Source: an uncultured Gammaproteobacteria bacterium (GTDB taxonomy: Bacteria > Pseudomonadota > Gammaproteobacteria > JABCZS01). From it: DNA of 64,000 nucleotides. The translations under genes and the position numbers were made by a program. Below are positions 1 to 10,492 of the stretch, piece after piece. Under the pieces are notes generated by a model, which searched no databases, had not been told where the DNA came from, and was given only the letters and a program-made list of their open reading frames with translations. Location: assembly GCA_963848305.1 (NCBI GenBank), contig CAWKDC010000001.1, forward strand, positions 544,001 to 608,000, in the 5' to 3' direction. The number at the start of each line of letters is the position of its first letter. The first letter of the stretch is position 1.

Positions 1-300
1 CACGTCTTTATCACCCTTCGTGTCATACACGCTGATTTTAGGCAATTCAACCGTTTTGTTTTGCGCATGCACGTAATGGGCCGCGAAAAAACCTTCCCGC
101 ACCGCAGCCCCTTGAGCACCCAGCTCTCCCTGCAATGGCAAAAGAAGTGCAATTCGCTTTGGATGAGTCAGCGTATCAGCCGCAGAAGGAAACGTTTCCT
201 CTCGTGGAGAGGGTGTGTTCTGGCAGCCCGACAACATAAAAATGAGGCATGACAAAGTGAAACCTGCTAGAATGCGAAAAACCCGATAAGATCTTTTCAT
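1..300 (-). CDS. lpoA: Penicillin-binding protein activator LpoA/LppC-family lipoprotein, 5' part only (runs off the window)
   Basis: Not in the ORF track. Manual translation from ATG at 300: MKRSYRVFRILAGFTLSCLIFMLSG-CQNTPSPREE...PKRIALLLPLQGELGAQGAAVREGFFAAHY...ISVYDTKG. Lipobox LSGC, LppC-type IALLLPLxG..G..VRxGF motif, divergent from rsmI as in yraL/yraM. Confidence 0.85.
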   Translation of the reverse strand, partial: MKRSYRVFRILAGFTLSCLIFMLSGCQNTPSPREETFPSAADTLTHPKRIALLLPLQGELGAQGAAVREGFFAAHYVHAQNKTVELPKISVYDTKGDKDV

Positions 301-327
301 AAACAATTCCCGTATTGTGAGTAACAA

Positions 328-1158
328 ATGGTTGAAACAGGCACGTTATACATCGTTGCAACACCGATAGGTAATTTAGAAGACATTACCCTCCGTGCTC
401 AACGCATTTTACACCAGGTTGACACAATTGTGGCAGAAGATACGCGCCACACAACCCATTTATTGAAACATTTTGGTATTACGCGTCCTTTGCTGGCCTA
501 CCATGCACACAATGAAGATGAAAAAACAGCAACCCTCATACATCTCTTGCAACAAGGAAAAGACATTGCTCTCGTGAGCGATGCCGGTACACCTCTCATC
601 AGTGATCCCGGCTTTCCCCTCGTTCATGCTGCACAAGCCGCAAATATCACGGTTGTGCCCATTCCAGGCGCTTGTGCACTCATCACTGCTTTATCTGTCT
701 CCGGCTTATCTCCCATCCCCTTCTATTTTGCGGGCTTTTTATCCCCCAAACAGGGACCCAGAATCGCACAGCTCGAAGCCTTGAAACCCCTCACCGCTAC
801 CCTTGTTTTTTATGAAGCCCCGCACCGTTTACTCGACAGCCTGCAAGCGATGGCGCTTGTCTTTGGCAATCGACAAGCCTGTCTCGCGCGTGAGCTCACC
901 AAACAATTCGAAACCGTGATTCGCCTCCCCTTGCCAGACTTGATCAACCGCGTGGAAAGTGACCCCAATCAACAGAAAGGCGAATCGGTTGTTTTGATAG
1001 AAGGCAGTCAAGCGGCCATTGCTTCCTCTGATACCGATCGCTTTTTAACAATATTACTGCGTGAATTACCTTTAAAACAAGCTGTCAATATCTGCGTTGA
1101 ACTGACCGGAGAGCCCAAAAATAAGGTGTATGAAAAAGCACTGACAATGAAAGGGTGA
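328..1158 (+). CDS. rsmI: 16S rRNA (cytidine1402-2'-O)-methyltransferase
   Basis: GTLYIVATPIGNLEDIT, AEDTR, VSDAGTPLISDPG, FYEAPHR, RELTK motifs. Confidence 0.97.
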   Translation: MVETGTLYIVATPIGNLEDITLRAQRILHQVDTIVAEDTRHTTHLLKHFGITRPLLAYHAHNEDEKTATLIHLLQQGKDIALVSDAGTPLISDPGFPLVHAAQAANITVVPIPGACALITALSVSGLSPIPFYFAGFLSPKQGPRIAQLEALKPLTATLVFYEAPHRLLDSLQAMALVFGNRQACLARELTKQFETVIRLPLPDLINRVESDPNQQKGESVVLIEGSQAAIASSDTDRFLTILLRELPLKQAVNICVELTGEPKNKVYEKALTMKG

Positions 1159-1213
1159 CAAAAATGCACCCCTGCGTTACAATCCCAATTTCTTGTTCCA
1201 TACATAAAGGTGA

Positions 1214-2584
1214 ATGATGTCAAACCAACGTTCCGTTTCTGATTCCATGGGCACATTGTCCATCCCCGCTGATGCACTCTATGGCGCACAAACAGAACGC
1301 GCCCGCCAGAATTTTCCGGTCAGCGACATGAAAATGCCGCAACCTTTCATTCAAGCATTAGGCTTGATCAAAGCCGCCTGCGCCCAAGTCAACCAAGAAC
1401 TTGGCCTGCTCGACCCCTCCCTTGCCCAACCCATCATTGCAGCAGCCACTGCCATTGCGGATGGTCAATATGCCGATCAATTCCCCCTCGATGTCTTTCA
1501 AACCGGCTCCGGTACCAGCACTAACATGAATGCGAATGAAGTGATTGCCACATTGGCCAGCCAATCCTCAGGCAAAACCATTCACCCGAATGATCATGTC
1601 AACATGGGGCAAAGCAGTAACGACGTGATCCCTACCACCATTCACGTCTCAGCCGCATTGTTGGCGGAAACGCGCCTCATTCCTGCCTTGAAATACTTAT
1701 CACAAACGTTAAAAGAAAAAGCGAAATCCCTGCACCATATCACCAAAACAGGTCGCACCCATTTAATGGATGCCATGCCAGTACGTTTTGATCAAGAATT
1801 GGGCGGCTATGCACAACAAATCGATTACGGCATTGCACGCATTCAAAGCACCTTACCCCGATTACTTGAATTGGCTCAAGGCGGAACGGCAGTCGGCACA
1901 GGCATCAATGCTGATCCGCGCTTTGGCAAAGCAGTCGCCAAAACATTAGCCGAAAAAACGGGTGTTGCCTTTGCCGCGAAACCCAATTACTTTGAAGCCT
2001 TGAGCGCACAAGATGCCGCTGTTGAAATGTCCGGCCAATTGCGCGTGATTGCCGTTTCTCTGATGAAAATCGGTAATGATGTGCGTTGGATGAATTCCGG
2101 CCCCCTCGCTGGTTTGGCGGAGATTCAACTGCCCGCGCTCCAACCGGGCAGCAGCATCATGCCGGGTAAAGTCAATCCCGTCATTCCTGAAGCTGTTTGC
2201 ATGGTGTGCGCACAAATCATGGGGAATGACACCACGATTGCCGTTGCAGGGCAATCCGGTAATTTCCAATTAAATGTGATGTTGCCTGTCATTGCGTACA
2301 ACTTGATTCAATCACTCGAACTCTTGACCAACAGTTGTTACTTGTTGGCTGATAAGGCGATTAAAGGGTTCACTGTCAATGAAGCGCAAATTGAACGTGC
2401 GCTCGATCGCAACCCCATTCTCGTGACCGCATTGAACGCAGTGATCGGTTATGAAAAAGGCACGCAAATTGCGAAACAAGCGTACAAAGAAGGCCGCAGT
2501 GTGAAAGATGTCACGCGTGAAAATACGACGTTGACGGATGAGGAAATTGATCGGTACTTAGATCCAAGGAATATGACGGAATAA
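1214..2584 (+). CDS. fumC: Class II fumarate hydratase
   Basis: FQTGSGTSTNMNANEV, GRTHLMDA, GSSIMPGKVNP signature. Confidence 0.95.
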   Translation: MMSNQRSVSDSMGTLSIPADALYGAQTERARQNFPVSDMKMPQPFIQALGLIKAACAQVNQELGLLDPSLAQPIIAAATAIADGQYADQFPLDVFQTGSGTSTNMNANEVIATLASQSSGKTIHPNDHVNMGQSSNDVIPTTIHVSAALLAETRLIPALKYLSQTLKEKAKSLHHITKTGRTHLMDAMPVRFDQELGGYAQQIDYGIARIQSTLPRLLELAQGGTAVGTGINADPRFGKAVAKTLAEKTGVAFAAKPNYFEALSAQDAAVEMSGQLRVIAVSLMKIGNDVRWMNSGPLAGLAEIQLPALQPGSSIMPGKVNPVIPEAVCMVCAQIMGNDTTIAVAGQSGNFQLNVMLPVIAYNLIQSLELLTNSCYLLADKAIKGFTVNEAQIERALDRNPILVTALNAVIGYEKGTQIAKQAYKEGRSVKDVTRENTTLTDEEIDRYLDPRNMTE

Positions 2585-2592
2585 AAATCGCT

Positions 2593-2618
2593 GTAGGAGC
2601 GGGTACTCCCGCCCCTAC
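2593..2618. repeat. GTAG-type REP-like palindrome between convergent fumC and mscK-like genes
   Basis: GTAGGAGCGGG-TACT-CCCGCCCCTAC inverted repeat; its CTA (2615-2617) is the stop codon of the minus-strand gene. Confidence 0.75.
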
Positions 2619-5600
2619 AATTTATCTGTGTCTATTTCCACCGTCTGTCTCGGATACGGCATCACAATGCCTGCTGCGCGGAAATGATCCCAAATCATCA
2701 GCAATATTTCCGAACGCACCATCGGTCTTGTTTTGCCCAAATTGAGATCGATGTGGTAGCGCACTTCAAATATTTGTGCATAGCTGGCAAATTCACGCAG
2801 CAACACATTAGGCTCTGGATGTGACACCACTGATTGATGCTTACGAATGATATGCAATAACATTGCTTGAATTTGATGCGGGTTTTCATTGTACTCTACC
2901 ATGATATCAAACGTTGTACGCACAATCGCGTCATGGTGAGTCCAATTGGTGAGCGGCTGGCTGACCGTTTCCGCGTTCGGAATAATCACTTCCATGTTGT
3001 CCCATGTGCGGATAGTGGTGGCACGAACCCCAATGTGGGTAACCTCCCCTTCATTGGCGCCCAATGTGATGATATCGCCTGCGCGGAATGGACGTTCAAT
3101 CAATAACAATAAACCGCTGACCAAATTGTTGGCAATATTTTGCAAACCAAACCCGATACCAACCGCTAACGCTCCCAACACGACGGTCAGTGTGGTTAAA
3201 TCAATCCCCACGACACGTAAAATCACAAAGGCGCCGATCACAATCGTTGCATATTGCGTGAAGACTGAAAAGGAATTGCGCAACCCTTTGTCTTTGTATT
3301 TGGCAAACAAAAATCGATACGCAAATTCACGGCTCCATTTGGCTGCCCAACGAATGACAATCAAGAGCACGATGAATTGAAAAATATGTATTGAAGCAAT
3401 TTGGGTGGTGCCAATACTGAACAACGGATTGAATAACATCGCATGAATTTTTTCTTTGAGTATTTCATTTTCTTGTAAACCATAAATGCGCAACAAAATG
3501 CCCGTTGCCGATAAAAAAATCAGGATATGCAAAATGGTATTCAAAGGTTTGAGAATGGACTCTGTCCACACCCAACCGCTTTTCAAGTGGCGAATCGACC
3601 ATTTCGCCGCAAACTCCATGGCATCAGACACGACACCGCGCACCAATACCCATCCCGTTAGAATTAATAAAAATTGCCCTTCTGCAATCCAAATGATCCA
3701 AGCCAAATTGACGTATCCAATCAGTCCAATGATCGCATTTGAAAAAATGGTGAGAGGAATCAAAAGGCCTAACAATTCCACTGCACGACGAACATAAGGC
3801 TTGGTTCTGTCTTCAGCGGCAATGATGCTGGGTAATACTCGCCATCCCCTTAATAGTGGGATCGATACAGCCAGCAACACCAACATGAATAATCTATCGA
3901 ATGATGCAACAATATCCATGGGAATAGGCAACTCATGGGCCAACACCGTGAGGGCGATGATCACGCTGCCAAAACCCATACTCCATAATAACCCACGGTA
4001 TAAAGACACATCTTTACCCGATAAGTCCCATATATTTTCAAACAATGAAATTCTTGCCAATCCAATGGCAATACGATAAGCAAACCACACCACGCCCAAA
4101 CACAATGGCACCACAAAATGATTAGCAGACACATCCATTAACAAGAGTAAAATCATGAGTGCACCAAAAATGGCCACGCCCATCATATTCCGATAAAATA
4201 GTTGCGCGATCACCACCACGGTGTTCGCAGAAAAACTCATGCCTTTACTTTTCGCGCGCAATAAGAATTTTGATAACGTGCGGGATAGCCAGACTGATAA
4301 ACCAGCCCAGACGATCAGCAGGGTAAACGTCGCGAACCACAAAAAGGCTGAGGCCTGAGACAGATGCTCCACGACTTGATTGTACGTCGCGACAATTGAT
4401 TGATAAACCAATTGCGGCAACGTCCATAAGTCTCGTCCAAATTGCTCCCATTCAGCGACGGTACGTGGCAGTTGCTGACGTGACCGCCAGGTTTGCTTCA
4501 CCCCCACAAGAATTTGATTTTGAAAACCAGAAATGTCAGTCATCAATGCATTCAGTTGAATATTCACACCTGCATATTGTTTTTTCAAATCTAGGAATAT
4601 CGATTGTTGACGCTTGCGAGATTCTGTGGATAAGACTTGCCGTGCGCCAGGTTCATCAAGGATCGCCAATTGACGATCAATCAGCACTTCTTTATTTTCA
4701 ACTTGAATTTTATTTGCAATCAATTCTTCTCTCAAGCGATCCAAACGATCCTTGATTTCAATCGCGCGGCGGGAAGGATCTCCCGCATCAACCCTGCTCT
4801 TATAAACATGGATCAGTGCATCAATACGTGAGAGCGTTAATTGCATTTTCAATAAATCCAAATGCTCTTCTGCTTCCATGATATCGTTTTGCAATGCTTG
4901 TTGATCTTCTGTCGGGGTTTGTGAGATCGGACGTAATTTGTCTAATGCAGCACGGGATTTTTCTAAATTAGCTTCCCATTGCAATTGCAAGCCAATCCAT
5001 TTCTTTTCATTTTCTTGTTGCGCTTCCCAAATATTAGACACTTGTTCCAAACGGATTTGTTCCGTCATTTGGGACATCCAGGCTTGTTCCAATTTTAAAA
5101 TATCTTCTGCAACACTCAATAAATCGCTCAAAACGCCCACGCGTTCTTGTTCAAGCTCTAGCTTACGGCTATCGACTGAAACACGTTCTTCCAAACGCAA
5201 GGCTATGACGCTTTCGCCATGGGCTTTGGCATTGATAAGTTGATTTTCATATTGCGTCAGGTAATTTTTGAGAAGTCGAATATTCTTGCGAGCACTGGCC
5301 AATTCGAGACTGATTTTACCCAACTGCACACTCGCCAAGTCCACCCGAAATGAGGCCTCTTCGGCCATGGCGGGGTCGAAACCGGATGATGTCTCTTGCG
5401 CATTGGCCTTCAGGGATTCAAGATATGCTTGACTGCTGGCCAAACGATCTTTTTCGTCCCCTAGTTTTTCTTCAAGGATATTGATCTCTGAATAGCGGGC
5501 TGCACTTTCGTACATATTTTCGCTCGATGGAGCGGCTGCCATACCCACACTGACCCAACACAACATGCATAACACGAGGACTCGTAACATGATCTTCACC

Positions 5601-5626
5601 CAAGAAACCCATTGATTATTTGACAT
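2615..5626 (-). CDS. MscS-family mechanosensitive channel with long N-terminal periplasmic coiled-coil (MscK/MscM-like)
   Basis: Signal peptide, coiled-coil region, many TM helices, C-terminal GALAVGIGFGLQNIANNLVSGLLLLIERPFRAGD and IIPN motifs. Confidence 0.9.
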   Translation of the reverse strand: MSNNQWVSWVKIMLRVLVLCMLCWVSVGMAAAPSSENMYESAARYSEINILEEKLGDEKDRLASSQAYLESLKANAQETSSGFDPAMAEEASFRVDLASVQLGKISLELASARKNIRLLKNYLTQYENQLINAKAHGESVIALRLEERVSVDSRKLELEQERVGVLSDLLSVAEDILKLEQAWMSQMTEQIRLEQVSNIWEAQQENEKKWIGLQLQWEANLEKSRAALDKLRPISQTPTEDQQALQNDIMEAEEHLDLLKMQLTLSRIDALIHVYKSRVDAGDPSRRAIEIKDRLDRLREELIANKIQVENKEVLIDRQLAILDEPGARQVLSTESRKRQQSIFLDLKKQYAGVNIQLNALMTDISGFQNQILVGVKQTWRSRQQLPRTVAEWEQFGRDLWTLPQLVYQSIVATYNQVVEHLSQASAFLWFATFTLLIVWAGLSVWLSRTLSKFLLRAKSKGMSFSANTVVVIAQLFYRNMMGVAIFGALMILLLLMDVSANHFVVPLCLGVVWFAYRIAIGLARISLFENIWDLSGKDVSLYRGLLWSMGFGSVIIALTVLAHELPIPMDIVASFDRLFMLVLLAVSIPLLRGWRVLPSIIAAEDRTKPYVRRAVELLGLLIPLTIFSNAIIGLIGYVNLAWIIWIAEGQFLLILTGWVLVRGVVSDAMEFAAKWSIRHLKSGWVWTESILKPLNTILHILIFLSATGILLRIYGLQENEILKEKIHAMLFNPLFSIGTTQIASIHIFQFIVLLIVIRWAAKWSREFAYRFLFAKYKDKGLRNSFSVFTQYATIVIGAFVILRVVGIDLTTLTVVLGALAVGIGFGLQNIANNLVSGLLLLIERPFRAGDIITLGANEGEVTHIGVRATTIRTWDNMEVIIPNAETVSQPLTNWTHHDAIVRTTFDIMVEYNENPHQIQAMLLHIIRKHQSVVSHPEPNVLLREFASYAQIFEVRYHIDLNLGKTRPMVRSEILLMIWDHFRAAGIVMPYPRQTVEIDTDKL

Positions 5627-5640
5627 CTCTTACGCCACTT

Positions 5641-5684
5641 GTAGGGGTCGCGAGCACACCCATCTTTACAAATCGCGTGCCTAC
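5641..5684. repeat. Degenerate GTAG-type REP-like element
   Basis: (TT)GTAGGGGTCGCGA...TCGCGTGCCTAC(AA). Confidence 0.55.
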
Positions 5685-5795
5685 AATACTTCTGAACGTT
5701 TGCGATCATCATTAGTATAATCCTATTTCATGCAATAAAAGAGATTTCTGCGAAAATCTGTTACAATCCCGGAATCATCTGAAGGGGCTCCATGC

Positions 5796-6410
5796 ATGAA
5801 AACCCATAAACAACTGAACAAGCGTTTTCGCGGATACCTTCCCATTGTTATTGATGTTGAAACCGGTGGCTTCAATCCTCAAACGGATGCATTATTGGAA
5901 CTGGCTGCGATCAGCGTTCACTACAATGACGAGGGCTTGCTAGTCCCCCATCATGCCTGGCATTATCATATCAAACCCTTTGAAGGGGCTCATTTGGATC
6001 CTAAAGCCCTTGAATTCAATGGTATTGTGCCAGATCATCCTTTTAGGTTGGCAATGACAGAAGCAGATATGCTGAAAGATTTATTTTCGAAAATTCACGA
6101 TGCACTGACGGAATCCCAATGTCAACGCGCCATTTTAACAGGACATAATGCTGCGTTTGATCTCTCATTTCTGCAAGCAGCCATCACCCGAACAGGGATC
6201 AAGAAAAGTCCCTTTCATGGCTTCTCTTGCCTGGATACCGCCAGTTTATCAGCAGTTGCCTATGGGCAAACCGTCCTGGCCAAAGCCTTGCGGGCAGCCC
6301 ATATTCCTTTCGACATCGACAATGCCCACAGCGCCCTGTACGATGCAGACAGGACAGCATTATTATTCTGCGAGATCACCAATCGATGGGATGCTGCCAG
6401 GGTTGACTGA
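5796..6410 (+). CDS. rnt: Ribonuclease T
   Basis: RFRGYLPIVIDVETGGFN, GHNAAFD, GQTVLAKA, AHSALYD (DEDDh). Confidence 0.96.
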   Translation: MKTHKQLNKRFRGYLPIVIDVETGGFNPQTDALLELAAISVHYNDEGLLVPHHAWHYHIKPFEGAHLDPKALEFNGIVPDHPFRLAMTEADMLKDLFSKIHDALTESQCQRAILTGHNAAFDLSFLQAAITRTGIKKSPFHGFSCLDTASLSAVAYGQTVLAKALRAAHIPFDIDNAHSALYDADRTALLFCEITNRWDAARVD

Positions 6411-6466
6411 AGTCCTTTAACGCGATACTCTAACTCTCCTCTTTTTGATTGTAAGCGAGTTGTCCC

Positions 6467-7681
6467 ATGTTAACCCTTCTGAAAAATAAAACATTCGGCA
6501 GCATTTTCATGATTGCAGGCACCACGATTGGGGCTGGCATGCTCGCATTGCCTCTTAAAACGGCTGCGGGTGGGTTTTTCCCCAGTATTGGGCTATTCAT
6601 CATTTGCTTTTTGTTCATGTTTTACACGGTTTTTTTATTGTTGGAATCTAACTTAATGTCCAATGATCCGAATGCCAATATCATTTCTATGACGGGCGAA
6701 CGGTTGGGTAAAACAGGGCAGATAGTGGCATGGGTCACCTTCTCGCTGCTGTTATACAGTGTTTCAGCGGCTTATATGTCGGCAGGCGGCTCACTGATCG
6801 CCACATTATTACAACATGAAGTCTCCAAAGAAACGCCCATGTGGGTCGGCATGCTGATTTTTGCAGGGGTTTTCGGCGCACTGATTTATTTCGGTACCCA
6901 TGTGTACGATCACGTCAATAAGCTATTGATGGTTTGTTTGATCGTCAGCTTTTTGGTGTTAGTGGGCAGCATGACGCCTCATGTTGAGAATGTCTCTTTC
7001 ACTGAATCTCACCCATTATTGCTCCTGGGTGCTGTGCCTGTCGTGGTGCTGTCGTTCACCTCACACGTGATTGTTCCCAGCCTACGGACCTATTTGAATT
7101 CCAACGTTCCTGCCCTGAAAACATCCTTATTCTATGGGATGATCATCCCCCTGTTCTTCTATGTCTGCTGGGAATACCTGATATTCAGCCTGGTGCCACC
7201 AAACGGCCCTGAGGGCTTATTGGCCATTGCCGCGGGCGATCACCCCCTGGCTGCCCTGACCAATGTACTGGAAGACAACCTGGGATTGCGCTTTTTTGCG
7301 ACGGTGATTGGCATTTTCTCATTTTCAGCGCTGGTGACGTCGTTTATTGCCGTAAACGTCAGTTTGCGGGACTTTTTGGCGGATGGATTGTCGATTTCTA
7401 AGAAAACCTTGGGCGGTAATGCGTTATTGAGCCTGTTAACCCTGGGCGCTCCACTGGTTTATGCATTGGCCTTCCCACGCGGCTTTACGGTCGCCATTGG
7501 TTATGCCGGCGTATTTGCATCCATTCTGTACGGTATCCTGCCTGCGCTGATGGTTTATAAAGGTCGGTACATCCAACACATCCCTAGTCAGTATCGAACA
7601 CCCGGCGGCAAAGTAGGGATTGTGATCGTGGTGCTGTTTTCTGTGATGGTGATGGGGCTGGAAGTGTATAATTCGCTTTAG
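6467..7681 (+). CDS. Aromatic amino acid permease, HAAAP family (TyrP/Mtr-like)
   Basis: IAGTTIGAGMLALP N-terminal motif, ALVTSF motif, about 11 TM segments. Confidence 0.88.
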   Translation: MLTLLKNKTFGSIFMIAGTTIGAGMLALPLKTAAGGFFPSIGLFIICFLFMFYTVFLLLESNLMSNDPNANIISMTGERLGKTGQIVAWVTFSLLLYSVSAAYMSAGGSLIATLLQHEVSKETPMWVGMLIFAGVFGALIYFGTHVYDHVNKLLMVCLIVSFLVLVGSMTPHVENVSFTESHPLLLLGAVPVVVLSFTSHVIVPSLRTYLNSNVPALKTSLFYGMIIPLFFYVCWEYLIFSLVPPNGPEGLLAIAAGDHPLAALTNVLEDNLGLRFFATVIGIFSFSALVTSFIAVNVSLRDFLADGLSISKKTLGGNALLSLLTLGAPLVYALAFPRGFTVAIGYAGVFASILYGILPALMVYKGRYIQHIPSQYRTPGGKVGIVIVVLFSVMVMGLEVYNSL

Positions 7682-7758
7682 AACCATATGGTTTCGAAGC
7701 CGAATATGCTGTCATCGATGAGAATGGAGAAGCGTATCAAGCATTGACTTACGGCCCC

Positions 7759-8295
7759 CTACAATGGCTTAACCCAAGCGACATATTTATCCATCCATTT
7801 CTGCAAAAACTGAATGCTAGCCGGGCCGATGTTGCCTTTATCATCAAAAAAACCTTCCTTCATTTGAAGAAATGCTTCAGGTTGGCACAAGACATCCACA
7901 TCCAAATAGGCCAATATATTGCGTAAATGTTGTTGGGCCAAAGCGGTACCGATATTTCCTGGCGAAATGCCGATCACACCAGCGCGTTTACCACCCCAAG
8001 CATTTTTCCCATAAGGACGTGAACCCTGATCCAGTGCATTTTTCAACACACCCGGAATAGAGCGATTGTATTCCGGGGTGACAAACAATAAAGCATCGGC
8101 TGATTCAATCTCCTTTTTAAGACGCAGGACAGGTTCAGATTGATGCTCATCATTATCCTGATTGTAAAGCGGCAAGTCATCAATGCGAACATGCTTGAAA
8201 GTCAACGAGGAGGGCGCTAATGTGATCAACGCCTCAGCCAACTTTTTATTAAATGAATCTCGGCGTATGCTGCCGACAATGATAGCGATGTTCAT
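7759..8295 (-). CDS. NAD(P)H-dependent FMN reductase (ChrR/YieF-like flavoprotein)
   Basis: VGSIRRDSFN and TPEYNRSIPGVLKNALD motifs; start placed at MNIAII after GGAG. Confidence 0.9.
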   Translation of the reverse strand: MNIAIIVGSIRRDSFNKKLAEALITLAPSSLTFKHVRIDDLPLYNQDNDEHQSEPVLRLKKEIESADALLFVTPEYNRSIPGVLKNALDQGSRPYGKNAWGGKRAGVIGISPGNIGTALAQQHLRNILAYLDVDVLCQPEAFLQMKEGFFDDKGNIGPASIQFLQKWMDKYVAWVKPL

Positions 8296-8333
8296 CTCTT
8301 TCTCTCCAGAATTCATGTGAATAGTAACCAATC

Positions 8334-9677
8334 TTACATTGAATGCACCAATTGAAGCCCTACAAAGTTAGCAGTGTTCTGAAAGCTACCCTGAGCAGTG
8401 ACAATGTCAAGCTGTTCAATGGGAATAACCCTATATACTGGGTTATTTTGGCTGAACGTGCCATCTTTAAAGAAAGTATGCATGTAAGCAAAGTCGATAT
8501 GGGTCTTTCCCCATGCTTTGGGCTTATACATGAGCCCTATAGCCACATCAAACTGATCAGCATCCGGCGCTTGCAGAATCCTATTGGCATCCGTCACCGG
8601 GCTTTGATCATACGCAAAACCACTGCGTAATTTTATTTCTGGTGTCACATAATAATTGACCCCTAATCCCACGCGCCACGTATTCCTTAAATCAACGTCT
8701 GTATCGATAGGTTCGTGACTTGCAATAATTGGCTCAAAGAGGTTTACACTCACAGCCTGCATCCGACTCCAATGGGTATATAACACATCCGCCAATAATT
8801 CGACTTTTTCATGTGGACGATGAAAAAAATTCAGTGAAACAATGTCAGGGAACTGAAACTGTGAGTAAGCAGGGTAATTTCCTATGTCTGAGACGCCCGA
8901 ATCACGCTCTTTTACATCAAGTTCCAATACAAAATTTCCTTTTGTTTCTTGATCAACAAACATTCTATAATTAAGCCCTACCCTGGTATTATCCGTAAAC
9001 TCATAAATGGCGCCTAAATTAGGGTAAAAAGCGATATTATCCCCTGAGTATTTGCTTTCCCCTGACAAGAACAAGACAGGGTCATCAACTGGTATAGATG
9101 CGTCAAGTTCTGCGCTGAGTTTTGCCTGAAAATATTGCAGATTGGCGCCTAAACCCAGCAATAATTTGTCCGTCACTGCCATGGCCAGCGTGGCGTTGCC
9201 TGTATAAGCAATGAGTTGCGTGTATTTTGCGGTATTGTTCACCACAAAGTTACCATAATCGGATGTTAGCTCATAAGGGGCGTTCAGATTGAGACCAAGC
9301 ATGAACGTCTCGCCCAACGGCGCTGCAAAATATAGCGCGGGACTGAATTGATTGGGCAACGCTGAATATTGTTGTCCTGTAGCACAAGGAATAGGTGTCC
9401 CAAACGAATTTGCGGCGGAATCGACAGTCAGTTGGGCATCAATCGCTGCATAGATACCTGATAGAACGAGCTGTCCACCCTCCAACAACATCAAACCTGC
9501 AGGATTATAGAAACTGATACTGGCATCATCCCCTGCCACACCCGCACCGGCAAAGGCATTACCCATCGCAGAAACACTCTGCAAATCATTATAAACACCT
9601 GCTGCAAAGGCAGATGGAAATAGCGAGGCACAACACAACATCATGAGTGCATTTAAAATCCTGGGAAGTTTTTTCAT
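8334..9677 (-). CDS. fadL: Outer-membrane long-chain fatty acid/hydrocarbon transporter, FadL/OmpP1/TodX family
   Basis: Signal peptide, then AG...SAMGNAFAG..DDAS..FYNPAG hatch motif; LRSGFAYDQSPV. Confidence 0.88.
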   Translation of the reverse strand: MKKLPRILNALMMLCCASLFPSAFAAGVYNDLQSVSAMGNAFAGAGVAGDDASISFYNPAGLMLLEGGQLVLSGIYAAIDAQLTVDSAANSFGTPIPCATGQQYSALPNQFSPALYFAAPLGETFMLGLNLNAPYELTSDYGNFVVNNTAKYTQLIAYTGNATLAMAVTDKLLLGLGANLQYFQAKLSAELDASIPVDDPVLFLSGESKYSGDNIAFYPNLGAIYEFTDNTRVGLNYRMFVDQETKGNFVLELDVKERDSGVSDIGNYPAYSQFQFPDIVSLNFFHRPHEKVELLADVLYTHWSRMQAVSVNLFEPIIASHEPIDTDVDLRNTWRVGLGVNYYVTPEIKLRSGFAYDQSPVTDANRILQAPDADQFDVAIGLMYKPKAWGKTHIDFAYMHTFFKDGTFSQNNPVYRVIPIEQLDIVTAQGSFQNTANFVGLQLVHSM

Positions 9678-9709
9678 ATCAAGATATCCTTATCAAGCAT
9701 CGTGATGCA

Positions 9710-10447
9710 TTAAAAATAAATGTTGAAGCCAACACCCAATTGCAAGGCACTTGGATTAAAGCTGAGCTCTCCCACGGGCACCAATATAATTGTACTCTGA
9801 TAATTCTCATTGATGAGCGATATTTCTTTGTCTTGATACCAAGTATAAGCCACTTGGCCATCAACACCGATATGGTCTGTCACAAACAGCTCCATGCCCA
9901 ACCCCAAGCGCAAACCAGGTAAGAAAAATTTGTCTTCTTGGGATACCTGAGCACTGTAATCGGGTATCTCGATATTAAAATAGTTGGTGCTCAACTTATA
10001 CTGAGTATAAACTGAACCTACCGTCAAATATCCTAGAAAATTTTCCAGAAAAAGATAACCTTGTTTAAATTGACCACCTAAACTATATGAGGCCTCAGCA
10101 GTTTGTATGAAAAAATCTGACTCATCAACTACGGCGATCCCGATGGCTTCGTCATGTATAAAATATAAATCATTAGGCTGCCCAATCAATTCAAGGGCAG
10201 TGAAAAAACGATCCCGCCAGCCCCAGCGCACATAGGTACCAAAACGTCCCATGGCACTAAAATCCCAACCTGTGTCATCATAATTCACGTTAGACACGTT
10301 GAAAGGCTTCTCAAAAGTAAGATCAGATTGTAAATGCCACAGAGTGCCGGTCGCATCAATGCCAGCATAAAAGCCATAGCGGTCTATCGCTTGAGCAGGA
10401 GAAAACCAGAAACCAAAGAGTAAAGTTGATAAAACTAATTTTTTCAT
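9710..10447 (-). CDS. Outer-membrane beta-barrel protein (OmpA/OmpW-like 8-stranded type)
   Basis: Signal peptide, GFYAG first strand, amphipathic strands, C-terminal LGVGFNIYF BAM signal. Confidence 0.75.
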   Translation of the reverse strand: MKKLVLSTLLFGFWFSPAQAIDRYGFYAGIDATGTLWHLQSDLTFEKPFNVSNVNYDDTGWDFSAMGRFGTYVRWGWRDRFFTALELIGQPNDLYFIHDEAIGIAVVDESDFFIQTAEASYSLGGQFKQGYLFLENFLGYLTVGSVYTQYKLSTNYFNIEIPDYSAQVSQEDKFFLPGLRLGLGMELFVTDHIGVDGQVAYTWYQDKEISLINENYQSTIILVPVGELSFNPSALQLGVGFNIYF

Positions 10448-10492
10448 CGCAAATCCTTTTGCTGGGACAAACCTTGGGTGAAATTATAACAC

